Shown here piece after piece: positions 1 to 12,170 of a DNA stretch of 64,000 nucleotides (the stretch's first letter is position 1; each line of letters starts with the position of its first letter). Under the pieces are notes generated by a model. It saw only the letters and a program-made list of their open reading frames with translations, had not been told where the DNA came from and searched no databases. A program made the position numbers and the translations under genes. This DNA is from Octopus sinensis (taxonomy: Eukaryota), in contig NC_043003.1 in assembly GCF_006345805.1 (NCBI RefSeq), forward strand, positions 91,760,001 to 91,824,000, given 5' to 3'.

Positions 1-169
1 TCGAAAATCATTTGGAGGCTATGGTAGAAGCCAATGGCAATTTTATTGATTGAATTTACTCTTTAGTATTTCAAGATATTTTAATGTAATTTTGGTAAAA
101 ATATCTGTTAAAATGAGATGTCGGTGTTATTTTCATTTTTGCATGATTTAAATGACTATGTATTCACTG

Positions 170-209
170 CAGCCTGTATATATATATATGTATATATGTA
201 TATGTATAT

Positions 210-283
<74 letters not shown>

Positions 284-311
284 TATATATATATAGATAT
301 ATATATATATA
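170..311. repeat. (TA)n microsatellite
   Basis: Long, nearly pure TA run; it explains the YI-repeat ORFs at 152-386. Confidence 0.97.
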
Positions 312-642
312 TGAACTCTTATGACTTCCATCACTAATAATACACACACACGCACACACACATATGTTATTAGTGATGGAAGCCATAATAGTTCAGAATA
401 GCATTCTGTATGTCTTACTTAATATGGATATTGTAAGAAACCTACAACACTGCAGTATTTGTTTTGAGAGAACATTTCATGTCTGTATGAGATGATACTT
501 CTTTGCTTTTTAGCACTATACATCCATATGAGATGCTTTCTCAAGACAAATACTGCACTATTGTGGCTTTCTTACAGTAAATCCATGTTCAGTAAGATAT
601 ACAGAATGTTATGTATATATACATATATATGTATATAATATC

Positions 643-1265
643 TATATATAGGTGTGTGTGTGAATACACACACACACATATAATGGACTCTCCTGTTGAA
701 GACCATATATATATATATATATATACGAAGACCATATATATATGAAGACCATATATATATATATATATATGGTCTTCAACACACATATATATTTATGTAT
801 AACAATAATAATATTAGGGAGTATATCTAAACTTACTTATTTATTTAGTTATTTATTTAACTATTATCATTAACCTGAAGATTGACTATAATTTTAATTC
901 GAATTTTCAATTGAATTTAAATTTAATTGTAATTCGAATTGAATTATAGCCATGAAACGTACGTAGTGTTTTTACTTATATTATATTTAAGTTTTTTATA
1001 CTTTTTGGTTAGTTATATAAAAAAAAATTTAAAATTCTAATAAATTAAATTATAATTTTATATATATATTATATATTATATTAATTATATTTATTTTTTG
1101 TTTTTTATATTTTGGTTTATGTCTATCACTGTTTGAGTTGCCTAATAGTGGTTTTATCTCTAATTTAATTTATATATATATATATGTATATATATATATA
1201 GGTGTGTGTGTGAATACACACACATACACAGACACGCATATAATGGACTCTCCTGTTGAAGACCA
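643..1265. repeat. Direct duplication of about 60 bp (643-705 and 1193-1265) flanking an AT-rich insert
   Basis: TATATAGGTGTGTGTGTGAATACACACAC...ATAATGGACTCTCCTGTTGAAGACCA occurs twice. Confidence 0.85.
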
Positions 1266-1537
1266 CGAATAAGTGTTCAGCTTTTGCCAAACAACCTGCA
1301 CAAATGATTTGTCTATAGTGATCAAATGCTTGTACTGCACATTAGCTCACTTTTTCCATCAAATCGACCTTGTCTGATCAAGTGCACAGTCTACCACACA
1401 TCAGGAGTCAAAATGATTGCAGAGCAACAGGAGATGGAGTGTTTTGCTCAAGAACACAATGCACCACCTGGTCTCGGAATTGAAAACATAATCTAGCGAT
1501 TCTGAGTGCAACACCCTAACCACTAGGCCATGCACCC
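1265..1537 (-). mobile_element. tRNA-derived SINE, family C
   Basis: Reverse complement starts GGTGCATGGCCTAGTGGTTAGGGTGTTG (A-box-like), with a B-box-like TTCAATTCC. The head is related to copies at 27776-28011 and 35230-35468. Confidence 0.75.
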
Positions 1538-1600
1538 CCCACACAATAACACCTGCATTTAAATCCATTTCTTTATATATATATATATGTATATATACTT

Positions 1601-2428
1601 GACAGAGTGTAAATACCTTGAGAGAAAAGTTGGACATAAGAGGCATCAGTTGTGGTGTGCAAGAGAGACGTTTGCACTGGTATGGTCATGTGGCGAGAAT
1701 GGATGAAGATAGTTGTGTGAAAAAGTGCCATACCCTAGTAGTTGGGGGAACTTGTGGAAGAGGCAGACCCAGGAAAACCTGGAATGAGATGATGAAGAAC
1801 GACCTTCAAACTTTAGGTCTCACCAAGGAAATGACTAGAGACCGAGACCTTTGGAAGTATGCTGTGCGTGAGAAGACCTGGCAAGACAAGTGAGACCATA
1901 ACCCGTGGCCTCTACCTGGGATGTAGCCAGTCCACTTATGCATACCTTTCCTTCTTGGGACACAAAACTCTACTTGTGAAGACCTGTTGAGGCAAGTGAA
2001 AATCCAAATCCAAATCCAAATCGAAATGGATCAGCATCAATGGAAATTGCCACTGTGATACCAGTGCCAGTGGTATGTAAGAGAACCATCCGAACGTGGG
2101 CGTTGCCAGCGCTGCCCTAACTGGCCTCGTGCTGGTGGCATGTAAAAAGCACCATCCAATCGTGGCCGTTGCCAGCCTCGCCTGGCCCCCGTGCCAGTGG
2201 CACGTCAAAAGCACCATCTGATTGTGGCCATTTGCCAGCCTCATCTGGCACGTAAAAAGCACCCACTACACTCACGGAGTGGTTGGCATTAGGAAGGGCA
2301 TCCAGCCGTCGAAACATTGCCAGATAAGACTGGGCCTGGTGCAGCCTTCTGGCTTCCCAGACCCCAGTTGAACCGTCCAACCCATGCTAGCATGGAAAGC
2401 GGACGCTAAACGATGATGATGATGATGT
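1601..2428 (+). mobile_element. 5'-truncated RTE-clade LINE: ORF C-terminus, long 3' UTR and (GAT)n tail
   Basis: ORF 1618-1893 has RRLHWYGHVARMD and GRGRPRKTW, typical of RTE C-termini. It ends in CATGGAAAGCGGACGCTAAACGATGATGATG. Confidence 0.9.
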
Positions 2429-2515
2429 ATATATATAATAATATAAATAATATATAAATATATGCATATGTACATACATATATATACATACCTACATATA
2501 TATGTATATATACAT

Positions 2516-2819
2516 GCATATATGGGTACAGGGCGTCAAAAAAAAGCTTTGAACACAATGAGAAACGAAAACATAAAAACAAAAACATAGAAAACAAATA
2601 TTTTCGAACAATGAAAAAACAGAGAAACGAGATATGCAACATAAAGAATATTCCCCTTCGTCAGTTGTCCCTTTTTCATCTACTCCACGATTTCAAAGGC
2701 AAGGATAATACGTGACTTCGTTGAAACAGCCCTTCCCGCAAACCAAATTAAATAAAATTTGGGATTTTTTGCGCATATATATATATACATACTTATATGT
2801 ACATACATATACATGTATA

Positions 2820-2897
<78 letters not shown>

Positions 2898-3130
2898 TAT
2901 ATATATATTATATATATATGCATATATGGGTACAGGACGTCCCAAAACATAAACTATATGAAATACGAAGACAAACTTGGGTATGCGAACAACGAGAGAA
3001 ACGAATGGAAAACAAGACAAGTAAAATAAAGAACTCATCATTTTCAGCATTTTACAACAATATGAGGCTTCGAAAGGCAGTTGCCCCCACAAACCAAATT
3101 AAAATTTGGGATTTGCGGAGTGTTAAAGTT
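2516..3130. repeat. Two related partial repeat units separated by (TA)n; possibly Penelope-like termini
   Basis: Both units (2516-2773 and 2920-3118) start GCATATATGGGTACAGG and contain CAAACCAAATTAAA...ATTTGGGATTT. The family assignment is only a guess. Confidence 0.35.
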
Positions 3131-5063
3131 GGTAACAGAAACAGGACAGTGGAGACATATAACAAACCAAACGAAAACAAACATGGAGGGCCATTAGGCC
3201 AGATGAAGTAAGGTAGCGAACGCTGGAAGAATATTGTCTTTAACAAGAGAAAAGATAGGAGACAGATAAGAATGCGTTTGATTTGTATGACAGACTGAAA
3301 GAAAAGAAAGGTGATCATGTGAGGAAAAGAAAGATGGATGATGGTCATGTGTGAGCAATGAGAGAGAGTAAAGGAAAAAGAGGGAGAGAGAGGGAGAGAG
3401 AGAGAAAGAAAATGGTGAAAGGGAGAAAAAAGAATTAGAGAAAGGATGAGAGTGAAAAGGGGAGAAAAAAAGAATTAGAGAAAGCAAGAAAGAGAACAGT
3501 ACAGGGTAGAGTTGCATAAAAATTATTAAGATATATATATATATATATCTCTTTTATTCTGTACTTGTTTCACTCATTGGAGAGACCTCATTACTTATGA
3601 GTTTTTATATTTTTAAGCCTGATACTTACTCTATTGGTATCATTTGCCAAATTGCTAAATCATGGGATGTAAACAAACCAATACCAGTTGTCAAGTGGTG
3701 ATGGAGGACAACAGAAAGTCATATACACAGATGTGTGTGTGTGCATGTGTGTGTGTGTACACATATACGAACAAGATGAGATAGAGTTCATTGCTACAGT
3801 GCGGACAAGAAGATTTACCTTTATCATATGGAAAGGACCTAGATAGAACATTCCATTCCAAATCAAATTGTTTATGTTCCTTCAGAGATCAAATTAATTT
3901 ACTAAGCCCAGTATTGTTGCATTTATTGATATACCTAAATGTAGTGTAACGGCTACAATTCTCTTATAAGCACATTTAAAGAACGCGTTTGTTGTTGCAA
4001 ACATTGGCAGAAACATACCTTTAATTCCTATAAGTAATTTTTACCAATCTATAAAATTCGACCTTTAACTGTCATTTTACACTTCATTTCCACTAAATAT
4101 ATGTATTTCCATGCCTTTAAGCTTTATTTCCATTCATCTAATGCACTACATTTCTCCACTCTTGGTTTTCTACTATTTTCTCTCTTGTCCTTTCTCTAAA
4201 TTTCATTTGACGTTAAATCTATTAATGGTTTTTTAAAAAAATAACTTGACAGCATTCCCTTCATCACATATGCATTCATCACATTCAGTTAAAATGGCTT
4301 ACTGATGTTGTTTCCCTTTTCTTCCCTAATGAGAAGATTGCATTGTTTTACATCATTTTATTTCCTCAGGAATAATACCAATGTTTTCTTTGAAACATAT
4401 GCGGAAGTATAAAGGTTTGAATAACACCTGCATTTAATTCCATTTCTTATTTATCTGTTATACAAAAGCATTTCACTAAACCTTTTAAGTAGGCTGTTAC
4501 ATCCTTGGTACTTACGTGAATTTTTTACTACCTTGGTAACTATTTATTGTTTCTATGTTATTTATTTGGACTCATTGAAAAAATGCACATGCATTTATAT
4601 ATATATGTATATAAATATATAAGGTACAGTGTGGCCTTTATATATATGTGTAAATGAGTGTATGCTCGTGTCTCCTTGTTTTGACTTAGTATGATAAATG
4701 AGTCACTGTCACACGTACTGTCATTAATTTTCAATATTCTGTGAAAGCCTGCCTGGCCATGGGAAACACACAACCTTGCTTAGAAACAGGGTTGGCAACA
4801 GGAAAGATATCAAGTCATAGAAAATCTGCCTCAACAAACACTGTATGTACATACATACATACGTACGTACATACATATGCATCTATCAGTCTGTCTGTCT
4901 ATTGTAAATGAGAAAATGAATTTGATTCACTGCTCCACCCACTCCTTATTGTGACAGATTCTTTTTCACTCTACTTACAGTTAGATATTCAAAATACTGA
5001 GTTAATTTATAATTTATCATCATATATTTTTATATTAATTTTGTGAATGTAGTATCAAGTACG

Positions 5064-5690
5064 CTTTAGTCAGATAGATGAGTGGTTAGTGAGAGCTGTA
5101 CAAGCCATGTACCGGGATGCTGCTAGTTAGTTGATGGTTGGCAATGAGTATAGCAATGAATTCAGTGTACAGGTAGGAGTTCGCCAACTTTCAGTTCTCA
5201 GCCCCCTCTTGTTTATCTTAGTCCTCCAAGCCTAGAGGAGTTCAAGACTGGTTCTCCTTGGGAGCCCTTCTACGTTGATGACCATGTTCTTGAAGCTGAA
5301 TCACTATGTGATCTAGAGAAGAAATTTCAGGTGTGGAAGCAAGGCCTGGAATCTAAGGGCCTTAGAGTTAATTTAGCGAAAATCAAAGTCCTAGTAAATT
5401 GGAAAACAAACAAGTCACAAGTCCCTGCAGGGAGATGGCTCTGCTTAATATATAAGAAGGATGTTGGTAGAAGCTCCATGCATTGTACCTAGTGCAAGCT
5501 TTGGACACATAAGAGGTGAAGCAGTATCACAGGAAGGTTAACAGAGAATTTAGTCTTTGTGTGTGGAAGATGTGCAAGTACAATGAGCACTAAAAATGCA
5601 CAGAGAATTGGCTCCCTCAAATGCTTGGGGGAATCATTAGAAGTAGTAGATAGCTTCAGTTGACTTAGGAGACCAAGTTAGCAGTCACAA
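5064..5690 (+). mobile_element. Degenerate RTE LINE reverse-transcriptase fragment
   Basis: Manual translation gives DEWLVRAVQAMY, VGVRQLSVLSPLLF, FYVDDHVL (decayed YADD), GLESKGLRVNLAK and KLWTHKR, with stops and frameshifts. Confidence 0.85.
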
Positions 5691-6062
5691 TTTCTTGAAA
5701 TATCATGATTACGTGATTATGTGATGTTCATACCAGTCTCAGGGCATGAACATCACAATCTAATATCCTCATTTTCTATCCCTTATATATCTGAAATCTT
5801 TTGTGTTTTTAAGTTATTTGAAGTTGATCTTTTCACCCTCTATCTCCAATTTTAGAACCAATGGAGAAAGCTTCTTTACTTAGTCTTAAGATCTCCCCTT
5901 GGATTGGATGTCTATCACAGGTAGCTCCCCCATATAAGTCCGGTATGTATTGTAGATTGCTAGATAAAAAATGGACTTAAGCAAAGCAGAATTTTATAGC
6001 CTGTCCAGAAATTCAGCAAAACACCTCCATTGGATTCAAACTACCAACTTATGAAACTTTAG

Positions 6063-6281
6063 CCTTTTTCTTACCACATTTCTGTTGAAATACATTGCAT
6101 TTGTTTCAATTAATTAAAAAAATAATAGAGAATTTAGTAAAATAACTTTTCGTTATTAAGTGGGGTTTAGAACATACATTAACATGAAATTTTGATGGAA
6201 GATTTTAATTTAGATTACTTTAAAACAGGGATTTTAAATCATAGAACAAGGTTGTTCATGGGTGGGTTGGTATCAAAAGAG
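6063..6281 (+). mobile_element. TTAA-type (piggyBac-like) MITE, family M2
   Basis: Ends resemble CCCTTTT.TTACC...GGTATCAAAAG(A/G)G. The body is shared with copies near 16.8, 19.4, 26.0, 28.6, 34.6, 42.0, 58.8 and 59.3 kb. Confidence 0.7.
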
Positions 6282-6556
6282 TTGATAATTTACTTTCTGT
6301 TTATTAGGTGATGGGGGGAAAGACACCTCTGGGATCAGTTGCCTTCAAACTGTGTGGATGTGGTTGTGAAACAGACTCGAAGAGAGTTCACATGGAGTGT
6401 GGTTGTGTGTATGCTTTGTTGAATTGGAAGCAAAATGACCAACTAGTGTAGGAGATTACAACTTTTACTGTTTTTTAGCCCCAGGTCAGCTCTGATCAAG
6501 GAGTGCTATGATCTATGATGAAAAACATTGTAGCTGTAACTATCTCATTTCCTGTA

Positions 6557-7224
6557 TCAGTGACCATACCTCAGTATATTCTTATTTAAGATAGTATGTT
6601 GAGATTTGTTCACACTTTCTAGTAGACCAGGTAAGTACAATGGAGTTTCCTTGATTGGTGGTTGTTGTATTTGTGGTACATTGGCAGTGTTGGGGGTAGT
6701 GGTTTGTGGTGGTGCTAGTTGTGCCAATGTTGGTGGCAGAGATAATGATGATACTGGTGCTTGTGGTGGCAGTGTCAAGTGGGTAGTCATAGTTGTGGTT
6801 GAGTTACCACCTGAAGATTCATCACTTCATGTCATCTGAAGAATTGTCACCAGAGCAACTTCTTGGAATGATAATTCATTAGACATTGAATATAACTACA
6901 CTTGCTTCCACTTGAGAATTTAGGGTAGTCATAGGAAAATTGCAGCCTGTGGGACTTTCTGAATGAGATACGTAAATGAAAAATTACCTTGAATCATTTT
7001 AGTAGTGCAGCCTACCTGATGATGAGCCATGTCTCAAGTGGCCGGCTTTTTGAAAATAGTTGCTCACGCCTGGTTTTGTGGGTTCTGAGGTTTGGTTGAG
7101 TGATGAGAGGACATTCCAAAAAATATGGAAGTATAATATCAGTCATCCATTGTATTGAGTGGGTCAGACACGAAATACATATTGCTAGGTGTATGTAATC
7201 AGCACAAAACTGGTGGAATTCCAA
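6557..7224 (-). mobile_element. Possible very old LTR-retrotransposon integrase remnant
   Basis: Weak resemblance only: EFHQFC, LFSKSRPLETWL, then a Pro/Thr-rich tail like integrase C-termini. No intact motif. Confidence 0.2.
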
Positions 7225-7360
7225 CCCAAATTAGCTAATTAAAGTGCTGGTGGTGGTGGTGGGGGGGGGGCTCAAGGTATTACCATTTAACTTCAGATTT
7301 GTTATAATAGAGCAAATGTATGATCAAAGACGTTTGTAATCACACCATCTTTTTATATAT

Positions 7361-7680
7361 CAGGGGTTCTCAACCATTTTTTAAACCTATGGAGCCCTTT
7401 AATTACTATTTTATTTTGGTGGACCCCCATAGTAATTCAATGTTTAAAAACTAGTTTTGAAGAAACTTCTTTCGAAATTCCTATTTTGTTTTTCATTCTT
7501 TAACTTGTGTAGACTGGAGCATGTAAAATGTTAGAGAAAAATTCCTAGCTGTTTCTTGCAATCTAAAGGAAAAGTTTTTCTGGGGCTTTTAAAATACTAT
7601 TGTGAATCCCCAATTTACTGTTTTATTGTGTGCCCCTCCCCTCCAATCTTATATGGACCTGCAAGGTCCATATAAGTTAA
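7361..7680 (+). mobile_element. hAT-like MITE, decayed
   Basis: Starts CAGGGGTTCTCAACCATTTTTT and is similar to the copy at 38259-38516. Confidence 0.6.
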
Positions 7681-8079
7681 ATGTCAAAAAGTGCAGTGCT
7701 CAGTGAACCCTTCCAATGTTTTTTTGAGGGGCTAGGATGTGATTTCAGAGAGAGAGATTTGGTTGCTGTTTCTAAACATTGAGCAACAGAGTAGAGGTTC
7801 CCTCTTTTTGCTGGAGGTGTCATGCCGTAAGGATGATAGAAAGTTGGTTGCTTTGAATAGCATATAAACAAAAGATTTGATGTGGGTAAATATATAGATG
7901 AGTGGGTAAAATTATGTTTACACAAGAGAGACAAAAAAAAAAAAAGACAGAAAAAATTAAGTGAAACTGCTCAACCGAAAATCGAACCTGTATCATAGAC
8001 TTGGCCGACTGAATTTACACCAACTCTTCTATAATCGCAAACACACAGCATGTGCCTAATCACCAAAGATTTCAAACAA

Positions 8080-8105
8080 AGGACAACAACAACAACAACA
8101 ACAAC

Positions 8106-8196
<91 letters not shown>

Positions 8197-8197
8197 T
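8080..8197. repeat. (AAC)n(AAT)n microsatellite
   Basis: Seen directly; it explains the poly-N and poly-I ORFs. Confidence 0.97.
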
Positions 8198-8209
8198 AAA
8201 AATAATAAT

Positions 8210-8398
8210 TTATTTCTTTACCACCCACAAGGGGTTAAAACACAGAGGGGACAAACAAGGACAGACAAAGAGATTAAGTCGATTACACCGACCTCAGTGC
8301 GTAACTGGAATTTAATTTATCGACCCTGAAAGGATGAAAGGCAAAGTCGACCTCGGCGGGATTTGAACTCGGATCGTAACGCAGACGAAATACGGCTA
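8210..8398 (-). mobile_element. tRNA-derived SINE, family A (5'-truncated)
   Basis: Reverse complement aligns with the copy at 9376-9570 (GAGTTCAAATCCCGCCGAGGTCGACTTTGCCTTTCATCCTTTC). Confidence 0.85.
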
Positions 8399-8489
8399 CA
8401 CAATAATAATAACATAAAGTTGAAGTGAAGAACGACTATATAGTGCATGTTATTTGGTAAAAAATGAGTGCCCCGAAATATAACTATGT

Positions 8490-8517
8490 ATGTATATATA
8501 TATATATATATCTATAT

Positions 8518-8548
<31 letters not shown>

Positions 8549-8588
8549 TATAATATATATATATATACATATATACATACATATAATA

Positions 8589-8636
<48 letters not shown>

Positions 8637-8733
8637 TATATACATACATATAAATATATATATTATATTATATATATATATATCTATATATATATATACA
8701 TATATATAATATATATATATATATAATATATAC

Positions 8734-8797
<64 letters not shown>

Positions 8798-9257
8798 CAT
8801 ACATGCATACATATAAATATATATATATATATATTTACATACATACATACATATATATACATATACATACATACATATATATACATATATACACACACAT
8901 ACATAATACGTACACACACACACATATATATACATACATATGTATATAAATATACATACATACATATATATATATACACATATATATGCATAAATATATA
9001 TATATACTATATACATACATATATATACATACATACATATAAATATATATATATATATTATATATATACATATATACATACATATAAATATATATATATA
9101 CTATATATATATATATACACACACATACATAATACGTACACACACACACATATATATACATACATATGTATATAAATATACATACATACATATATATATA
9201 ATACACATATATATGCATAATATATATATATATACATATATGTACATACACATATAC

Positions 9258-9326
<69 letters not shown>

Positions 9327-9372
9327 AACATTTATACACACAGATACACACACACACACATATATATATATA
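8490..9372. repeat. Complex TA/TACA microsatellite array with an internal repeat about 226 bp apart
   Basis: The block TAATACGTACACACACACACATATATATACATACATATGTATATAAATATACATAC starts at both 8904 and 9130. Confidence 0.9.
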
Positions 9373-9375
9373 CAA

Positions 9376-9570
9376 GGCGGCGAGCTGGCAGAAACGTTAG
9401 CACGCCGGGCGAAATGCTTAGCGGTATTTCGTCTGCAATTACATTCTGAGTTCAAATTCCGCCGAGGTCGACTTTGCCTTTCATCCTTTCGGGGTGGATA
9501 AATTAAGTACCCTTTGTCTGTCCTTGTTTGTCCCCTCTATGTTTAGCCTCTTGTGGATAGTAAAGAAATA
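9376..9570 (+). mobile_element. tRNA-derived SINE, family A
   Basis: GGCGGCGAGCTGGCAGAAACGTTAG (A box) and GAGTTCAAATTCC (B box). Decayed copies start near 14638, 26365, 34716, 47819, 48029 and 48260. Confidence 0.9.
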
Positions 9571-9670
9571 TATATATATATATATACATACACATATACA
9601 TATATACATTTCTACATATATATACATACATATATACGCGCACACACATGTATATATATATATACACACA

Positions 9671-9894
9671 CTTTTACTTGTTTCAGTCATGTGACTGTGG
9701 CCGTGCTGGAGCACCGCCTTTAGTCGAGCAAATCGACCCCAGGACTTATTCTTTGTAAGCCTAGTGCTTATTCTATCGGTCTTATTTGCCGAACCGCTAA
9801 GTTACGCGAACGTAAATACACCAGCATCGGTTGTCAAGCGATGTTGGGGGGACAAACACAGACACACAAACATATACACATACACATATATACT

Positions 9895-9932
<38 letters not shown>

Positions 9933-10093
9933 ATGTGTGTGTGTGTCTGTGTGTGTGTATAAGACGGGCTTCTTTCACTTTCCGTCTACCAAATCCATTC
10001 ACAAGGCTTTGGTCGGCCCGAGGCTATAGTAGAAGATACTTGCGCAAGGTGCCACGCAGTGGGACTGAACCCGGAACCATGTGGTTCGTAAGC
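9671..10093 (-). mobile_element. tRNA-derived SINE, family B with the B1 tail and an internal microsatellite
   Basis: Reverse complement has GGTTCAGTCCCACTGCGTGGCACCTTGCGCAAGT (B box plus a CORE-like segment) and ends TGACTGAAACAAGTAAAA. Multiple copies occur in the window. Confidence 0.85.
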
Positions 10094-10095
10094 AA

Positions 10096-10127
<32 letters not shown>

Positions 10128-10239
10128 ATACATACATATTTGGTGAACAAGATAGTTGTTTAATTCTTCAACTATCATCAACAAAATGAAGACCTATTTA
10201 ACTTTTAATGTTCACTTCATCATATGAATAGTCACATCA

Positions 10240-10774
10240 CTCTCTCTTTTTTTTTGTGTGGTTGTTAAGTTTCCTGACCGCCTACACATACACACACACA
10301 GAAACGAAGCTAGCTAAGGCATTCCCCGCTCTCACTCGGGTCGACTAACCCAGCAGCTGTGTGTGTATGTGTGTGTGAAAACGAGTACCTTGTTCTCTAT
10401 GTGCAGACCAGTCACAACGAGGCTGGGTGTTCAGCAATCAACAGATTGCTTGTCTTTCTCTTGCTCAGTCTCCTCTAACTCTCTCTCTCTCTCATTTACT
10501 GACACTTAATTAAAGTGGTCAGTCGAGTTTTTATATACTTCTAATTACACCTATTTCTTTAAATAAGTTAACTACCTGAATATAAAGTACCAGTGCATCA
10601 CTTTCACAGCCGGATCGGACTTTAATTATTACTGAGATTACCTTTAGAAGTTTATCCTACAACCATTAAGTAATAATAAACCAAAAACAAACAAGCTAAA
10701 CACAACTGGACAAAAATAAACAAAATATATATTTAAAGACTGGAGAGTAGTAGTTCCAACTCTCTTTCCCCAAA
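10240..10774 (+). promoter_or_regulatory. Putative vinculin promoter / 5' UTR
   Basis: Non-repetitive, CpG-retaining sequence directly upstream of the ATG. It contains an Inr-like TCAGTC (about 10520) and a TATAAA (10581-10586). The start site cannot be fixed from sequence. Confidence 0.45.
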
Positions 10775-10831
10775 ATGCCGGTCTTTCATACAAAGACCAT
10801 CGAAGGAATTCTTGAGCCGGTAGCTCAGCAG
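10775..10831 (+). CDS. VCL: Vinculin, first coding exon (19 codons, phase-0 donor)
   Basis: AAAATG start; translates to MPVFHTKTIEGILEPVAQQ, the conserved vinculin N-terminus (MPVFHT[R/K]TIESIL[E/D]PVAQQ). Followed by CAG|GTAAGT. Too short for the ORF track. Confidence 0.93.
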
Positions 10832-11959
10832 GTAAGTTTGGCTAACTTTTTTTTCCTTGATAATTTTTTCTTGTTGGCATTGCGAGTTCCCCCATCACGT
10901 TTACTTTGACAGATTGATTACACATCAATAATACGGTTGTGGGAACGTTGCTTATCGTGTAAATTACTATGTGTCCCATTGTAGTACACACATGCATATA
11001 ACAAGTACACACCTTCGTTCCTGGTCCCACTACCGTATAAGATATATATATATATATATATATTCATGTCAAATTATACATAAAAACGCTTTAATGTGAA
11101 ACTGAACGATTAGTCAATACTTGTTTTTAGTAGAGTACATGTTTATTAAACTTTTACAAGGAAAATGTTGATAGTGACTTCGAAGCTTCGGCTTGTTCGC
11201 CTTAGACTTTCAATATTCTACTAAAGCTCTGTCCTTGTGACTTTAATTTCTTCTAAAAGTTATCTGCAAGTTTTGTGCTGGCTAATTTCTTTTTATCAAT
11301 TTGGTTTCGTTATATATGATGACATCAATTTTAAACAAAACGATATATTTGAAGATGTGTTATAAACTATATATACTTTTAATATGAGTGTGTAATTTGG
11401 AATAATTCTGAAATTAAAGGATATTTTTTTAAAGTTATTAATATAACCATTATATACACTCCCGATTTGATATCTCATTCAAACCGACTAGCTTTCTCCT
11501 ATATGTTTAGTTTTCGGCTTATAAGTACTTACTAGTTACTTTAGAATGTTTGAAATATCTACTGTCTAAATGTGATGACTTTTTGGGCTGCAAAAATAAA
11601 AAAAAAAACAAAAAACAAAACCCATTTGGTTTTCAAGCTCCTGATAAATACAAACAATGATATTTGAATAGTAACCCGAACGTATGTATGTGTATATAAT
11701 TCGTACGATGGATTTAAGTGCTTCAATATGTATATACTTTACCAATGTTAAAGAACAGCACCTGAGGCTCTTTTCAATGTCACATCTTCAGACACTCGTC
11801 TGCTGTTGTGTCTGAGGCGGTGGGGGTGATATATATATATATATATATATAATATATGCAATATATATTTCTACACGTTGATACTTGTGTAGGCATGACT
11901 CTTTTTATAGTAAAATTTACGAATTTCTCATATTCTAAAATGGTTGTTTATTCGTGATA

Positions 11960-12170
11960 TTTGAAACCAATGAGGGAGCCTGCGTGTGGTTGCTTGGTGT
12001 GCAAGAAATAGCCATAAAATCTTTAAATCACTCGTCTTAAAAATACATGGAAGACGTATTGGATACTCTTTAATCTTAGGTACCTCTAAAAAGATGGGAC
12101 GGCCATGACTGGAATACTTTTAATCGTAAGTCTGCTCGATGATGGTTGACTTGTGACTAAACAAAAACAA
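11960..12170 (+). mobile_element. SINE-like repeat, family D, with (AAC)-rich tail
   Basis: CCAATGAGGGAGCC...AATAGCC...CTAAACAAAAACAAA. Related copies at about 13560-13745 (-), 15036-15335 (-) and 42380-42635 (+). Confidence 0.65.

Noticed and set aside
1894-2260. Repeat array as a CRISPR-like locus
   Set aside because: It is the internal tandem repeat of an RTE 3' UTR in eukaryotic DNA, with no unique spacers and no cas genes.
2640-2670. CTGACGA on the - strand as a hammerhead core
   Set aside because: No GAAA follows a plausible stem II, and no stem III or cleavage triplet is evident.
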